Part shown: piece after piece, positions 39,269 through 49,409 of the stretch
How the letters are laid out: each line of letters begins with the position of its first letter
Numbering within the stretch: the first letter of the stretch is position 1
DNA from: Candidatus Bathyarchaeota archaeon
GTDB taxonomy: Archaea > Thermoproteota > Bathyarchaeia > Bathyarchaeales > Bathycorpusculaceae
Direction of reading: 5' to 3'
NCBI GenBank assembly: GCA_963782525.1
Contig: CAWAKC010000002.1
Coordinates: 52,443 to 116,442, forward strand
DNA: 64,000 bases
The notes under the pieces: model-generated
Database searches by the model: none
What the model was told of the DNA's origin: nothing
The model's input: only the letters and a program-made list of their open reading frames with translations
Position numbers and translations under genes: made by a program

Positions 39269-40513
39269 TTAGACTTCTTTGGTGCTTGGCTCATAAACTT
39301 TGAACAAAACAAAAATCGACAGAGGAATTGCGGTGACCGCTAATAACAGAAACGGCAATTGAGGCGAAACAAAGGCGTAAAGTACGCCAACCACTATCTG
39401 CAGAACTCCTTGCACTATGAACATAAAGAATTGTAAGCACCCTGTAACGGTTCCCCTAAAGCCTCGAGGCACCAAGTCGCCCATCAAAACCTGGTAACTG
39501 TTAAGTTGCAGAAGGTTTCCTAAACCGAAGAAAAAGAATGCAAGCAGGAGCCTGTTGAAATCAGCGTTTACAAACAGCAGCATCCCTGGAACATACAGCA
39601 AATACCCCAAAATTAGGAAGCGTTTTCTTCCCAAAGCGTCCATACCTAAACCTGCGAGTATGCCGGGAATGGCTATGCTTAGGTACCTAAAAGTCGTCAC
39701 GATTGCCCACTGCTCCAAGGTTATTTTGAGGATTGCCGTTGCGTAAACGACAAAGTATAGTTGGCAGCTGACGACTAAGCCGTTTATGATTATGATGGCT
39801 ATAAAGAGGTTGAAGGCTGATTTGGGAACTTTAGCCCAAACATGGATGCCTTCTTTGACGGCTTTAGGATAGTTAAGGAGCACCTCAAGAAAGCTGGGTT
39901 TCGCTTTGCTGCCGTCTGGGGGCAGGGTTTCTTTAAGCTTCAGCCTCAACACGGCAATTGCAAAATACGCTACAGCTACAATCGTGTAGGCAATGCGCAT
40001 TCCAAAATCAAATTTGAAAGTAACCACCAAGTACTGGGCAATGAGGGGTGCAGGCAACAAAACCAGCGTAGTAATTACGGACTGTAAACTGAAACCTGCT
40101 CCACGGTTTTCAGGAGGCAGAGAATCAATCACCATTGCCATCAACGCAGGACCATAAATGGAAAACACGTTTTGCAGCAGCAATCCGATAAGGATGAATT
40201 GCCAAGAAGGTGCAAAAACAAAAAATAAGCTTCCTAAAGCTAATCCAAAGGTCATGGAGACTATTAGCCGTCTTCTGCCATGTTTATCAGCTAAGTAGCC
40301 GCCGGGGAACTGCACAAGCGCAACTGCTATGGAGCCTGCAAATCCCATGACCGATAACAGAAACGCGTCTGCGCCTAAGTGGATATAATAGAGGCTAGCG
40401 TAAGTGTCGGGGATTGGTTGGAAAGCGAATAGGATTATCCAGCTTAAAGTTATGAGTAGAAAGTTGCCTCTTAAGACTGCTTGTTCTCCTCGGAAAAGCG
40501 CTGACAACCGCAT
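39269..40513 (-). CDS. MFS transporter
   Basis: About 12 TM helices, GYLADKHGRR and MDALGRK motif A. Confidence 0.93.
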   Translation of the reverse strand: MRLSALFRGEQAVLRGNFLLITLSWIILFAFQPIPDTYASLYYIHLGADAFLLSVMGFAGSIAVALVQFPGGYLADKHGRRRLIVSMTFGLALGSLFFVFAPSWQFILIGLLLQNVFSIYGPALMAMVIDSLPPENRGAGFSLQSVITTLVLLPAPLIAQYLVVTFKFDFGMRIAYTIVAVAYFAIAVLRLKLKETLPPDGSKAKPSFLEVLLNYPKAVKEGIHVWAKVPKSAFNLFIAIIIINGLVVSCQLYFVVYATAILKITLEQWAIVTTFRYLSIAIPGILAGLGMDALGRKRFLILGYLLYVPGMLLFVNADFNRLLLAFFFFGLGNLLQLNSYQVLMGDLVPRGFRGTVTGCLQFFMFIVQGVLQIVVGVLYAFVSPQLPFLLLAVTAIPLSIFVLFKVYEPSTKEV

Positions 40514-40637
40514 TGAAGATAAAAATTCTAAAGGAGCTATTTAAATCAAGACTTACATTTGGGTTAAATCAAAATAATTATTTTTTGACCCACAATTCTT
40601 AAATCGCCCCTACAATGAGCATATTCCGACTGCAAAA

Positions 40638-42008
40638 ATGCAACTTACTATCGAAGGAAAAACCAAACTTAAAGCGCTCCAGATTTCAGCTATTGCCATC
40701 TTTAGCGTTGTAATCGTTGAAGTTTCAGTCGGCTTTCTAGTTAACAGTTTAGCCATAATGAGCGACGGCTTACACGCCCTGCTCGATGCATTATCCAGTA
40801 TTATGTTGTTCTTTGCGGTTCGAGCTGCCATGAAACCTGCCGACGAGGAGCACACTTACGGGCATGAGAAGTTTGAGACTATTGGCGGATTAATCGGTGG
40901 GATTGTCTTGATTGCCGTAGCCATTTTAATTTTCTACGAAGCCACAATGCGACTTATAAGTCCTCCACAAATTAATGCTGGGATAGAATATGCAGGCTTT
41001 ATCGCTATAGGCTACGCACTCTTCATTGCTTCACTGAGAGTTACTGTTTTCAAAAAATTCCAGCACGTGCAAAGTACATCAATGAAAGCAGGTCTCTATG
41101 ATGCAATTGCAGACTTAAGTTCAACACTTATTGCACTTTTAGGTTTTGGTTTGGCCTTATTAGGTTTTACAGGAGGAGATGCCTTCGCATCAATCTTCCT
41201 TGGAGCCATGCTTACCTACTTGAGCTTTAAACTTGTAAAATTCAGCATAATGGAATTAAGCGACACCGCTTCCAAGGAGCTTGTTCAAAAAACAAGAAAA
41301 ATAATTGTGTCATGTGAAGGTGTCATGAAAGCTGAAAACCTCAAAGTCCGCAAAGTTGGCTCGAAAGTCTTTGTAGATGTATCTGTTCAAGTTCCCAGCT
41401 TAATGAGTTTAGAAGAAGCCCACTCATTAGCGTCCAAAGTTGAGAATTGCCTAAAAGAAACATTTGCCTCAGTTGACGCCACCATTCACATTGAGCCGTC
41501 GGATAATGAAGTGAAAATGGATGAGCTTGTTAACAAGCTTGCGACGGTGGATGGAGTAAACGAAATCCATGAAATCTCCACTATCTATGTCGGTGGCAAA
41601 CTCTACATTACCTTGCACGCATATGTTAATCCAGAAATGTCCGTGGAAGAAGCGCATAAAATTGCTGAAATCATTGAACAGAGGATGCATACAGAGATTA
41701 AACCGCTTGAAAACGTTACCGTACATGTAGAACCTTTAGGCATGGCAATTCCAGCAACTCAAGTAACTGAAGCCCAAATCAGAAACATTGTTAACGACGT
41801 GGCAAAAGGTATAGCGTTAAGTTTGCGAATTAAGCGGGTGGTAACATATGATGGCCAGGGCAAACGATTTATCAATATCGATTGTTGCTTCACTAAACAG
41901 GTTCAGGTTAAGGATGCCCATCGGATAGCATCGCTGATTGAGAAGGGAACTAAAGATAGGTTTGCGGGCGCCGTAGTGACTGTGCACATGGAACCAGAAT
42001 GTATCTAA
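40638..42008 (+). CDS. cation diffusion facilitator with three C-terminal ZT-dimer domains
   Basis: SDGLHALLD, PADEEHTYGHEKFE; repeats AH...TIHIEP, AH...TVHVEP, AH...TVHMEP. Confidence 0.92.
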   Translation: MQLTIEGKTKLKALQISAIAIFSVVIVEVSVGFLVNSLAIMSDGLHALLDALSSIMLFFAVRAAMKPADEEHTYGHEKFETIGGLIGGIVLIAVAILIFYEATMRLISPPQINAGIEYAGFIAIGYALFIASLRVTVFKKFQHVQSTSMKAGLYDAIADLSSTLIALLGFGLALLGFTGGDAFASIFLGAMLTYLSFKLVKFSIMELSDTASKELVQKTRKIIVSCEGVMKAENLKVRKVGSKVFVDVSVQVPSLMSLEEAHSLASKVENCLKETFASVDATIHIEPSDNEVKMDELVNKLATVDGVNEIHEISTIYVGGKLYITLHAYVNPEMSVEEAHKIAEIIEQRMHTEIKPLENVTVHVEPLGMAIPATQVTEAQIRNIVNDVAKGIALSLRIKRVVTYDGQGKRFINIDCCFTKQVQVKDAHRIASLIEKGTKDRFAGAVVTVHMEPECI

Positions 42009-42156
42009 TTCAAATTTAAAATCCAAGGTTGCTCGATTTTACCTTTTCGAGATGTATTAAAAATAGGTTAAAAAAATAGCCCATTTATTAATCTTATTTT
42101 GCGAGAAAGATATCTGAAATTAAAATCAAAAAACAAAAAAAGAAAGAGAAAGAAAA

Positions 42157-42948
42157 TTATTTTTTCTTCATCGCGTAGACGCCGAAGCCGATCAGTATGA
42201 TGATAATGACAATGACTAAGGCTATGATTATCCATGTGTCAGTTGATAGACCGCCCATTCCGGGTGCTGGTGTAGCTGTTGCTCCGCCTGTTGGTGTTGG
42301 TTCAGTGCTGCCGACTGGTGTGAATACTGCTTGGTAATCGTATCGGTTTCCGTAGCCGTGATTAACATTGTAGGGGTTGTCTGTTGGGGTTGCTGTGTAT
42401 GGGTATCCACCGTGACTTAGGTTTGGACCGGAAATTACCCAGTGTGAGAATTGCCAGCCGCTGGCTGCTGTTGCTTGGAGGTTTAATGATGTGGCATTGG
42501 TTAAGTAATAGAGTCCTGCGGGTGGATTTGTAGTTCCTCCTGCTGAAGCCAAGATTCCAATTACGGCGTCCGTGCCTGGCACGAATGGCGCATATGGTAC
42601 GTTTGGAAGAAGTGAGACTGCTTGGAATACTGCTTGAATTGTGTAAGTTGTGCCTGCGGCAACAGTGATTGTTGTTGTTGCGCTGGGGTCGTTTAGGGTT
42701 GCGCCTGGAGCGGAAATTATCCAATTCTGGAAGGCATTACCTGCATCGGGGGTTGCTGTTAAAGTTACGACTTGGCCGTCATTGTAGTTGTAAGTTCCTG
42801 CTGCAGGATCGGTTGTTCCACCTACTGAATCTAACATAGTAACGGTTGCTTGTGTTTGAGCATTTACACTCATCATACATGCTGCTGCTAAAAGTAATGT
42901 AGCTAATAGTGTCATAGCGACAAATTTACTGCTCTTTTTGCTAAACAA
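42157..42948 (-). CDS. secreted protein with two divergent InlB B-repeat-like domains and C-terminal TM anchor
   Basis: Signal peptide; GGTTDP..G.Y.Y...VTLTATP..G..F.NW twice; PT linker; TM plus KKK. Confidence 0.82.
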   Translation of the reverse strand: MFSKKSSKFVAMTLLATLLLAAACMMSVNAQTQATVTMLDSVGGTTDPAAGTYNYNDGQVVTLTATPDAGNAFQNWIISAPGATLNDPSATTTITVAAGTTYTIQAVFQAVSLLPNVPYAPFVPGTDAVIGILASAGGTTNPPAGLYYLTNATSLNLQATAASGWQFSHWVISGPNLSHGGYPYTATPTDNPYNVNHGYGNRYDYQAVFTPVGSTEPTPTGGATATPAPGMGGLSTDTWIIIALVIVIIIILIGFGVYAMKKK

Positions 42949-43225
42949 TTTTTTTTATCTCCTAAAATCGCAAATGCTTGCTTGTTTTGATTTAATGGGA
43001 TTTGCTATATTTAGTTATGTGACTGTAGATATACACCCACAACTTAGCCCTAACCGTGATTACGTTTAAATTTTTGAGGCTTATTTTTGAATTAGCTTCA
43101 TAAATATGTTGAACTAAGAAAACTGTTAGTTTGACAAATTTAATGAAAAAAATATTCTACATAAAGCTTTAAGGCTAACTACGAAAATATTAGATACCAT
43201 AAAGTTTGAGAGTGAAAACGATAAA

Positions 43226-45454
43226 ATGTTGTCTCGCTCTGCAATGGTTAAACTAAAAGCTGTCCTGATTATCGACATAATTATTGTAGGTGCCGCTGTC
43301 GGAGCCTACTTTTATCTTCAAAACCAAGGTCTGGTTTCAGGGGGCTCACCTAAACCTGCCACGTTTGTACTTACCGACCTCGTCGTTAGCCCCACCGAGG
43401 CTTATGTGGGTGAACCGGTTCAGATTTCAGTTAACGTAACAAACATTGGCGAAGTAGATGGTAACTTAACGGTGAATCTTCAAATTAACAATGCTATGAA
43501 AGATGCCTCCAATGCTACGTTGGTTGGCAATTCTTCTGACATAATTTCTTTTACTGACATCGAAAACGCAGTTGGAACCTATAACGTTACAATCGGAAAC
43601 TTGAATGGAAACTTTACACTTAAAGAGGCTCCTCCGCTAACCAGCAAAATAGTTTTGACCAATTTGAAAGTTGACCCGTATGAAGTATGGGCTGATGAAC
43701 CAGTAAATGTAACTGCAAATGCAAACAACCCAAATAATCAACCGGACCAGTTGATGGTGAAGATAACGATCGATGATGTAGCGGCGGGCTCTCAAGTATT
43801 AAAGTTAGATGCTGGAGCAAGTCAAACTGTTCTGTTTACAGTTAATGCATCCTCCGAGGGAAAACACACGATTAAAATGAATTCTCTGAGTGGATCATTC
43901 ACAATAGTTAAAACGGGGTACCACACGCTCACCATCAGTCGCTCGGGGGGTGGATCCAAATCTGTGCCCTTTACGTTAAACGGTCAAGGAGGCTATGGTA
44001 CAACCTATACGGCGCTTCTTCCAGTAGGTGAGTACTCTATCAGCGTACCGGATCCTTTCAACGTTGGAACAGGAGTATTAGCGTTTACTTCTTGGAGTGA
44101 CGGTGTCCATACTCCTTCAAGAACATTCACCCTTGATAGGCGCTTGATTTTAGTTGCAACCTACAATCTTATCAGCGGATACGCATCCTGCCCATCACTG
44201 TACGTTTGGAATGGCACAGGATACTCCTATGTAACAGACGTTTCAAACCCAGGCTGGCTTGGCTACATCAACTACATCAACTCGGAGGGTCAAATCGTAA
44301 ATGGCGGCGGAAACCCCTGGGACTACGTGAAACTGAACAGTAACCTCGTTGCCACAAACAACGGGTATTTTGACGTGACTCTTGCTCAGCAATGGGATGA
44401 ACTCTACTATTTAGATTCAGCCTACATGCTCGTTGTTGACCACCCCGCCGGAACAGATGCCTACACATCCATGACCAACTACCTCAACAAAGGAGAAACC
44501 GGCCAAATCTACACAGTAAAGAGCGGCACACTTGCTTCGCCTCTTAGCGCCACAAACGAAAAGGGGCAAAATGTTCTGCCGCAAATCCTCCAAAAAGATG
44601 GAGTGTACACTCCAGGCATCAACGGAGACGACAGCAAATGGAATAATCTAACGCAAAACCAGTTGACTCTGGATTTGGGTGATTTATCAGTTGCACCAGC
44701 AGTCAAACTTGTAATTACTGGCATGGTTGATTGGGGTTCAGCCGACACATATTACGGATGGATTAACCAGTTCAAAGAAGCCGCTGCTCAGGAAATTTTG
44801 CCTAACAACACACAAATAATGCCGGCGCCAACCATGGAAATCAAGGATGCCAACGGCACCTGGGTGCTTGCTCCACAGGACCGACAGATACCTTTGCCAT
44901 CTGACTATAACGCCCGAACCTTCACGGTAGATTTAACCGGCTTATACCCAGCGAACATAAGCGATTGCCAAGTCAGGTTCACCAACTTCTGGAATGTCAC
45001 TTACGATTACATCGGAATCGACACCACTCCACAGCAAACCACAACTATACAAAAACTTACCCCAACAACAGCAACGCTAAGCCAAATGTGGGACACACCA
45101 TCTAACGCTTCAGGAGCCTTTACCCGATACGGCGACGTGACTCCGTTGGTTCAAGGTGCTGATGATATGTTCGTTGTTGGGCGACAAGGCGACCAAGTTA
45201 ACCTGCAATTCCCAACGTCAAACCTGACATCCGTTGAAACTGGCATGTTGCGCGACTACTTCTTTGTTGTAGCCTGCTGGTTTAAAGACCCTCCAGGAGC
45301 TTGGGGATATGGATTCGACTTCACCGTGGACCCGATGCCGTTTATGGCTATGAGCGGATTCCCCTACCAGCCAACAGAAAGCTATCCATCAGACGCATCT
45401 CACATAGCATACATTCAACAGTACAACACACGAGTAATCGCCGCCTCGCCATAA
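43226..45454 (+). CDS. membrane-anchored CARDB/Ig-domain protein with large uncharacterised C-terminal domain
   Basis: N-terminal TM; CARDB-like ISVNVTNIG repeats; SCPSLYVWNG...ELYYLD...VVDHP...FTRYGDV...WFKD domain. Confidence 0.82.
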   Translation: MLSRSAMVKLKAVLIIDIIIVGAAVGAYFYLQNQGLVSGGSPKPATFVLTDLVVSPTEAYVGEPVQISVNVTNIGEVDGNLTVNLQINNAMKDASNATLVGNSSDIISFTDIENAVGTYNVTIGNLNGNFTLKEAPPLTSKIVLTNLKVDPYEVWADEPVNVTANANNPNNQPDQLMVKITIDDVAAGSQVLKLDAGASQTVLFTVNASSEGKHTIKMNSLSGSFTIVKTGYHTLTISRSGGGSKSVPFTLNGQGGYGTTYTALLPVGEYSISVPDPFNVGTGVLAFTSWSDGVHTPSRTFTLDRRLILVATYNLISGYASCPSLYVWNGTGYSYVTDVSNPGWLGYINYINSEGQIVNGGGNPWDYVKLNSNLVATNNGYFDVTLAQQWDELYYLDSAYMLVVDHPAGTDAYTSMTNYLNKGETGQIYTVKSGTLASPLSATNEKGQNVLPQILQKDGVYTPGINGDDSKWNNLTQNQLTLDLGDLSVAPAVKLVITGMVDWGSADTYYGWINQFKEAAAQEILPNNTQIMPAPTMEIKDANGTWVLAPQDRQIPLPSDYNARTFTVDLTGLYPANISDCQVRFTNFWNVTYDYIGIDTTPQQTTTIQKLTPTTATLSQMWDTPSNASGAFTRYGDVTPLVQGADDMFVVGRQGDQVNLQFPTSNLTSVETGMLRDYFFVVACWFKDPPGAWGYGFDFTVDPMPFMAMSGFPYQPTESYPSDASHIAYIQQYNTRVIAASP

Positions 45455-45583
45455 CCATCCCCTTTCCTCTTTCTCTTTTTTAATCAGCTTTTCTGAACAA
45501 TCGAGCATTTACCCCGAAAATAATGCAAGATTTAAATGGATTCACCCCATATTTGTAGTAAATAACTCCCAAAGAGACCTTGC

Positions 45584-46273
45584 ATGTCGCTAATACCTGA
45601 AATCTCTAATCCGTACCTTGGAGCTTTTGCAGGCGGCTTGCTGTATGGACTAGCGGTTTGCACGGCATCGTGTTTGCCAATCATAACTGGATACATCGCA
45701 GGTGTAGGTGCTGGTTTTGGCAGGGGCGTAAAGATTTCTTTGATTTTTAATTCGGGCAGAGTGTTGGCTTACACACTCATTGGTGCAGTAATCGGGTTGT
45801 TTAGCGGTTTGTTTAGATATTTTGTTTCTGACGCAGCTATTTCGCCGTTTCAAGTTTACTCTTCAATCGCCTTTGGAATAGTGTCCATAATTATTGGAGT
45901 AAGCATTTACCTGAAATCCAGAAAACCCTGTGACTGCAGCGTTCAAGGCTCCAATTTGCTGGTTAAGGGTAGGTTCGGGTTTGACTTCGGTGCCTTCTCA
46001 CTTGGTTTAAGCAGAGGCTTAGTCGTGTGTCCACCATTAATAGCGTTATTGATTTACTCGTTACCTTTCGCAAGTCCTGTTGGCAGCGTTGGAATAGCGG
46101 TGTTATTCGGTTTAGGAACCACCCTCTCGCCTCTACTACTGCTGGGCGGAGTTACAGGTTGGCTACTTAACAAGGCGCCGCTGTTTCGAAAATGGATTTC
46201 CATAGCAGGCGCCGTTGTACTGGTTGCGCTTGGAATAGTTACAATAGTGAGTTCAGTAATTCAATTACAATAA
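45584..46273 (+). CDS. DsbD_2/CcdA-like (TauE/SafE-annotated) membrane protein
   Basis: CTASC in TM1, FNSGRVLAY, GLVVCPP, FGLGT; TTTAAAT TATA at ~45531. Confidence 0.82.
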   Translation: MSLIPEISNPYLGAFAGGLLYGLAVCTASCLPIITGYIAGVGAGFGRGVKISLIFNSGRVLAYTLIGAVIGLFSGLFRYFVSDAAISPFQVYSSIAFGIVSIIIGVSIYLKSRKPCDCSVQGSNLLVKGRFGFDFGAFSLGLSRGLVVCPPLIALLIYSLPFASPVGSVGIAVLFGLGTTLSPLLLLGGVTGWLLNKAPLFRKWISIAGAVVLVALGIVTIVSSVIQLQ

Positions 46274-47269
46274 TTGGGGAAAGAGATGGATTGGACAATA
46301 ATTGGAGATGCGCTTAGGCTCATTGCGTTAGGGGGGCTTGGAATAGCGGGGGTACTTGCTATCCTAATTTGGAAGAAAAATATGGCCACCCGCGCAACAT
46401 ACGTGCGACTTGTTATTCAAGCAGCAGCTTTTGCCGCAATATTCTACGTCTTCTCCTACTCAACCATTATCCCAATGCTCTATGAGTTACTTTTTATTTT
46501 TGGTATAACAATTTTCTTAGGTCGATTCTACTGCGGCTGGCTTTGCCCATTAGGCTTGGTCATGGACTTGGAAATTTTAATTCGAAAAGCCCTCAAAATA
46601 CGTCATCGTCTTCTCCCCGATAAATTTAACATAGCGCTGCATAAATCCAGGTACGCAATCTTGCTGTTCTTTTTGCTTTTGCCAATTGTGCTGTATGTTT
46701 TGGATCCTCAGGAGATTATGGTTTCGCCATTGATGGCTCAACTGTTAGCGGGACACTATCGACCCTACAGTATCGTGCTTGACCCCATGATACCATTCAT
46801 CGTACCTTGGACTGGCCAATTCATAGTGGGACCCCTTAACCTAAGTTTTCCTTACGCTCAAGAAATTACGACATATGTGGGAACAAGCCTTGGTTCATTC
46901 CTTGCCATAGCCTTTGTCGGTGTAACCTTGGTAGGCGGATTTTTTATCCGGCGCGTTTGGTGCCGTTTCTGCCCAACAGGCGCGTCGTTAGCTGTTGTAA
47001 ACCGGTTTAAGGGTTGTAAATGGGCACCCTTGCTTCATTTAGAGAAAGATGAAGAAAAATGCACCAAATGCGGCGTATGCAAGCGTGTTTGCTCTGTTCA
47101 AGTTAATGAAGTGTATGAGCAGAAGGGAGGAAAAATTCAAACTTCCCAATGCATGCTGTGTACAAGATGCGTCGAAATGTGTCCTTATGAGGATACCTTA
47201 AAAGTTAAATTAGGAAATAAAACGTTGTTTAAGTCAAGAAATTGGCTAGAACACCCAAACACTGAATGA
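46274..47269 (+). CDS. NapH/MauN-type membrane 4Fe-4S protein
   Basis: GRFYCGWLCPLG, RVWCRFCPTG, CTKCGVC..C and CMLCTRC..CP; several TM helices. Confidence 0.9.
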   Translation: MGKEMDWTIIGDALRLIALGGLGIAGVLAILIWKKNMATRATYVRLVIQAAAFAAIFYVFSYSTIIPMLYELLFIFGITIFLGRFYCGWLCPLGLVMDLEILIRKALKIRHRLLPDKFNIALHKSRYAILLFFLLLPIVLYVLDPQEIMVSPLMAQLLAGHYRPYSIVLDPMIPFIVPWTGQFIVGPLNLSFPYAQEITTYVGTSLGSFLAIAFVGVTLVGGFFIRRVWCRFCPTGASLAVVNRFKGCKWAPLLHLEKDEEKCTKCGVCKRVCSVQVNEVYEQKGGKIQTSQCMLCTRCVEMCPYEDTLKVKLGNKTLFKSRNWLEHPNTE

Positions 47270-48615
47270 GGAAAGAGAGAGAAATGACGAATGAAACCAC
47301 TGTAAAAAGGTACATGCCTGAAGTATCCCGAAAAGAAATCGAAGAACTAAAAAACACCATGAAAGCGGCTTCCCAAAAAGTAATAGCAGACAACATTGAA
47401 CGCATGAAAAAAGCAGACCCTCACCGACCTGAAGCCATGAAGTACTTCGACGAAATCTCTAACCTCTTCGGAAAACGCCAAGAAGAAATCGCTGCAGAAA
47501 AAGCGAAAGGCAAGAAAGTTATCGGTTACATGTGCCTGTTTGCTCCAACAGAACTCATTATGGCTGCCGACGCCATTCCTGTTCGAGTAAACTCAGGTTG
47601 GTATGACACCTCAAAACTGGGTGACCGTGTAGTACCCGTGGAAGTTTGCCCTGTTATCCGTTCCACAATCGGTGCAAAAATGATTGAGCTCTCCCCATTC
47701 CTCGAACAAAGCGACGCATTAATCAGCGTCCTCACATGCGATGGCATGACTAAACTTAGCGAAATCCTCAGCGACTACAAAACCATCTGGGGCATGAATG
47801 TACCCAGAATAAAAGACTCTACTCAATCGCTGCGTTTTTGGAATGACGAAATAAAACAGGTGAAAACTCAAATTGAACAATTCACAGGAAACAAAATAAC
47901 CAGAAAAAGCCTCAAAGAATCCATTGAATTAACTCATAGAGCAACCAAAGCGTTCCGTCGTCTCCAAGAACTCCGAAAAGGCAACCCAGTAATCATGGGC
48001 AGAGATGCCATGCTAGTTAACCAGTCATACCAGTGGGATGATAAGAAACGTTGGACAGAAAAATGCGAAGCGTTATGCGATGAACTTGAAGCAAGGGCTC
48101 AGCGGAAAGATTGGGTTTGCCCGCCAGACACCCCGCGCGTGATGGTTACGGGTACACCGATGTTTTGGCCAGACAACTGGAAACTTCCAACGCTGGTTGA
48201 AGAAAGTAATCCGCTGGGCATCATCGTTGCAGACGAACAATGCAGCGGCGAACGTATCCTAAACGACCCAGTAGGCGTCGACGAATGGTCCAGTGATGAC
48301 ATGTTAAACGCCATCGGCGAACGTTACTTGATGGCTTCAACATGCCCCTGTTTCACCAGTAAAGACGGCAACGAAGACAGAATCAACTGGCTGCTAAACA
48401 AAGTTAAAGAATGGAAAGTCCAAGGAGTAATCTACTACGTTGTCCGCGGCTGCATGCTTTACGCCATGGAATACACTCGAGTCAAAAAAGCACTCGACAA
48501 AATCAACGCGCCAGTCTACTACTTAGACACAGAATACACCCGTGAAGATGTTGGACAAATGAAAACACGCGTGGAAGCATTCCTTGAAATGCTCACGGCA
48601 AGAGTCGATATTTAG
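47266..48615 (+). CDS. 2-hydroxyacyl-CoA dehydratase superfamily protein, double-cubane-cluster (DCCP)-like reductase
   Basis: Six spaced Cys motifs GYMC(90), EVCP(128), TCDG(158), EQCSG(326), TCPCF(360), RGCML(396); C-terminal GQMKTRVEAFLE. Confidence 0.85.
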   Translation: MRKEREMTNETTVKRYMPEVSRKEIEELKNTMKAASQKVIADNIERMKKADPHRPEAMKYFDEISNLFGKRQEEIAAEKAKGKKVIGYMCLFAPTELIMAADAIPVRVNSGWYDTSKLGDRVVPVEVCPVIRSTIGAKMIELSPFLEQSDALISVLTCDGMTKLSEILSDYKTIWGMNVPRIKDSTQSLRFWNDEIKQVKTQIEQFTGNKITRKSLKESIELTHRATKAFRRLQELRKGNPVIMGRDAMLVNQSYQWDDKKRWTEKCEALCDELEARAQRKDWVCPPDTPRVMVTGTPMFWPDNWKLPTLVEESNPLGIIVADEQCSGERILNDPVGVDEWSSDDMLNAIGERYLMASTCPCFTSKDGNEDRINWLLNKVKEWKVQGVIYYVVRGCMLYAMEYTRVKKALDKINAPVYYLDTEYTREDVGQMKTRVEAFLEMLTARVDI

Positions 48616-48623
48616 GTGAACAT

Positions 48624-49409
48624 ATGATTACTATAGGAATGGACCTTGGAACGCAGAGAGTACAAGTTGTAATCTTAAAAGACGGCAGTGTAGTTGCAAG
48701 GGCTTGGGCTTTCTCAGGATTTGACCCCACCAAAGCAGCCGAACAAGCTTCGGAAGAAGCCCTAAAAACTGCCAACCTAAAACTCTCAGACGTCAACAAC
48801 TTTGCAGCAACAGGCTCCTCAACCGAAATGGCGCCCTACGCATACAGCAAAGTCAGCATGATGAGTGCCGACGCAAAAGCAGGAGTTTTCCTAATTCCTA
48901 ACGCCAGAACAATAATCGATGTAGGTGCCGAAGAAGCCAGAGGCGTCAAATGCGACGAAAAAGGCGTGATGGTTGACTTCGTCGTGAACGAACGCTGCGC
49001 TGCAGGTGCAGGAGCATTCATCGAAGCCATGGCAAGAGCCCTTGAAGTTAAAACAGAAGACATGGGTCTCCTCTCACTTAAAGCCGAACGAGCCAGCCCC
49101 ATCAACGCATCCTGCGTCATATTCGGCGAATCCGACGTGGTTTCACTTATTCACCGTCAAGAATCCAAACCTGAAATCGCCCGTGCAGTCTACGATGCGA
49201 TGGCAGACCGCGTTTCCTCCATGATTCACCGTTTAGGAATAACCTCTGAAGTGGTGCTGGTAGGCGGCGTTGCCAAAGATCCCGGGTTTGTTGCTTCGCT
49301 CAACCGCAAATTAGGGTTAAACGTTACGATTCCAGAGTTCCCCGAGTATGTGGGGGCACTGGGCGCTGCATTAATCGTTTCTGCACGTTCAAAGGAGCCA
49401 CAGAAATGA
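48624..49409 (+). CDS. ASKHA ATPase activator subunit, BzdP-like
   Basis: GMDLGT, IDVGAEE, NERCAAGAG, CVIFGESD, VGGVA. Confidence 0.85.
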   Translation: MITIGMDLGTQRVQVVILKDGSVVARAWAFSGFDPTKAAEQASEEALKTANLKLSDVNNFAATGSSTEMAPYAYSKVSMMSADAKAGVFLIPNARTIIDVGAEEARGVKCDEKGVMVDFVVNERCAAGAGAFIEAMARALEVKTEDMGLLSLKAERASPINASCVIFGESDVVSLIHRQESKPEIARAVYDAMADRVSSMIHRLGITSEVVLVGGVAKDPGFVASLNRKLGLNVTIPEFPEYVGALGAALIVSARSKEPQK

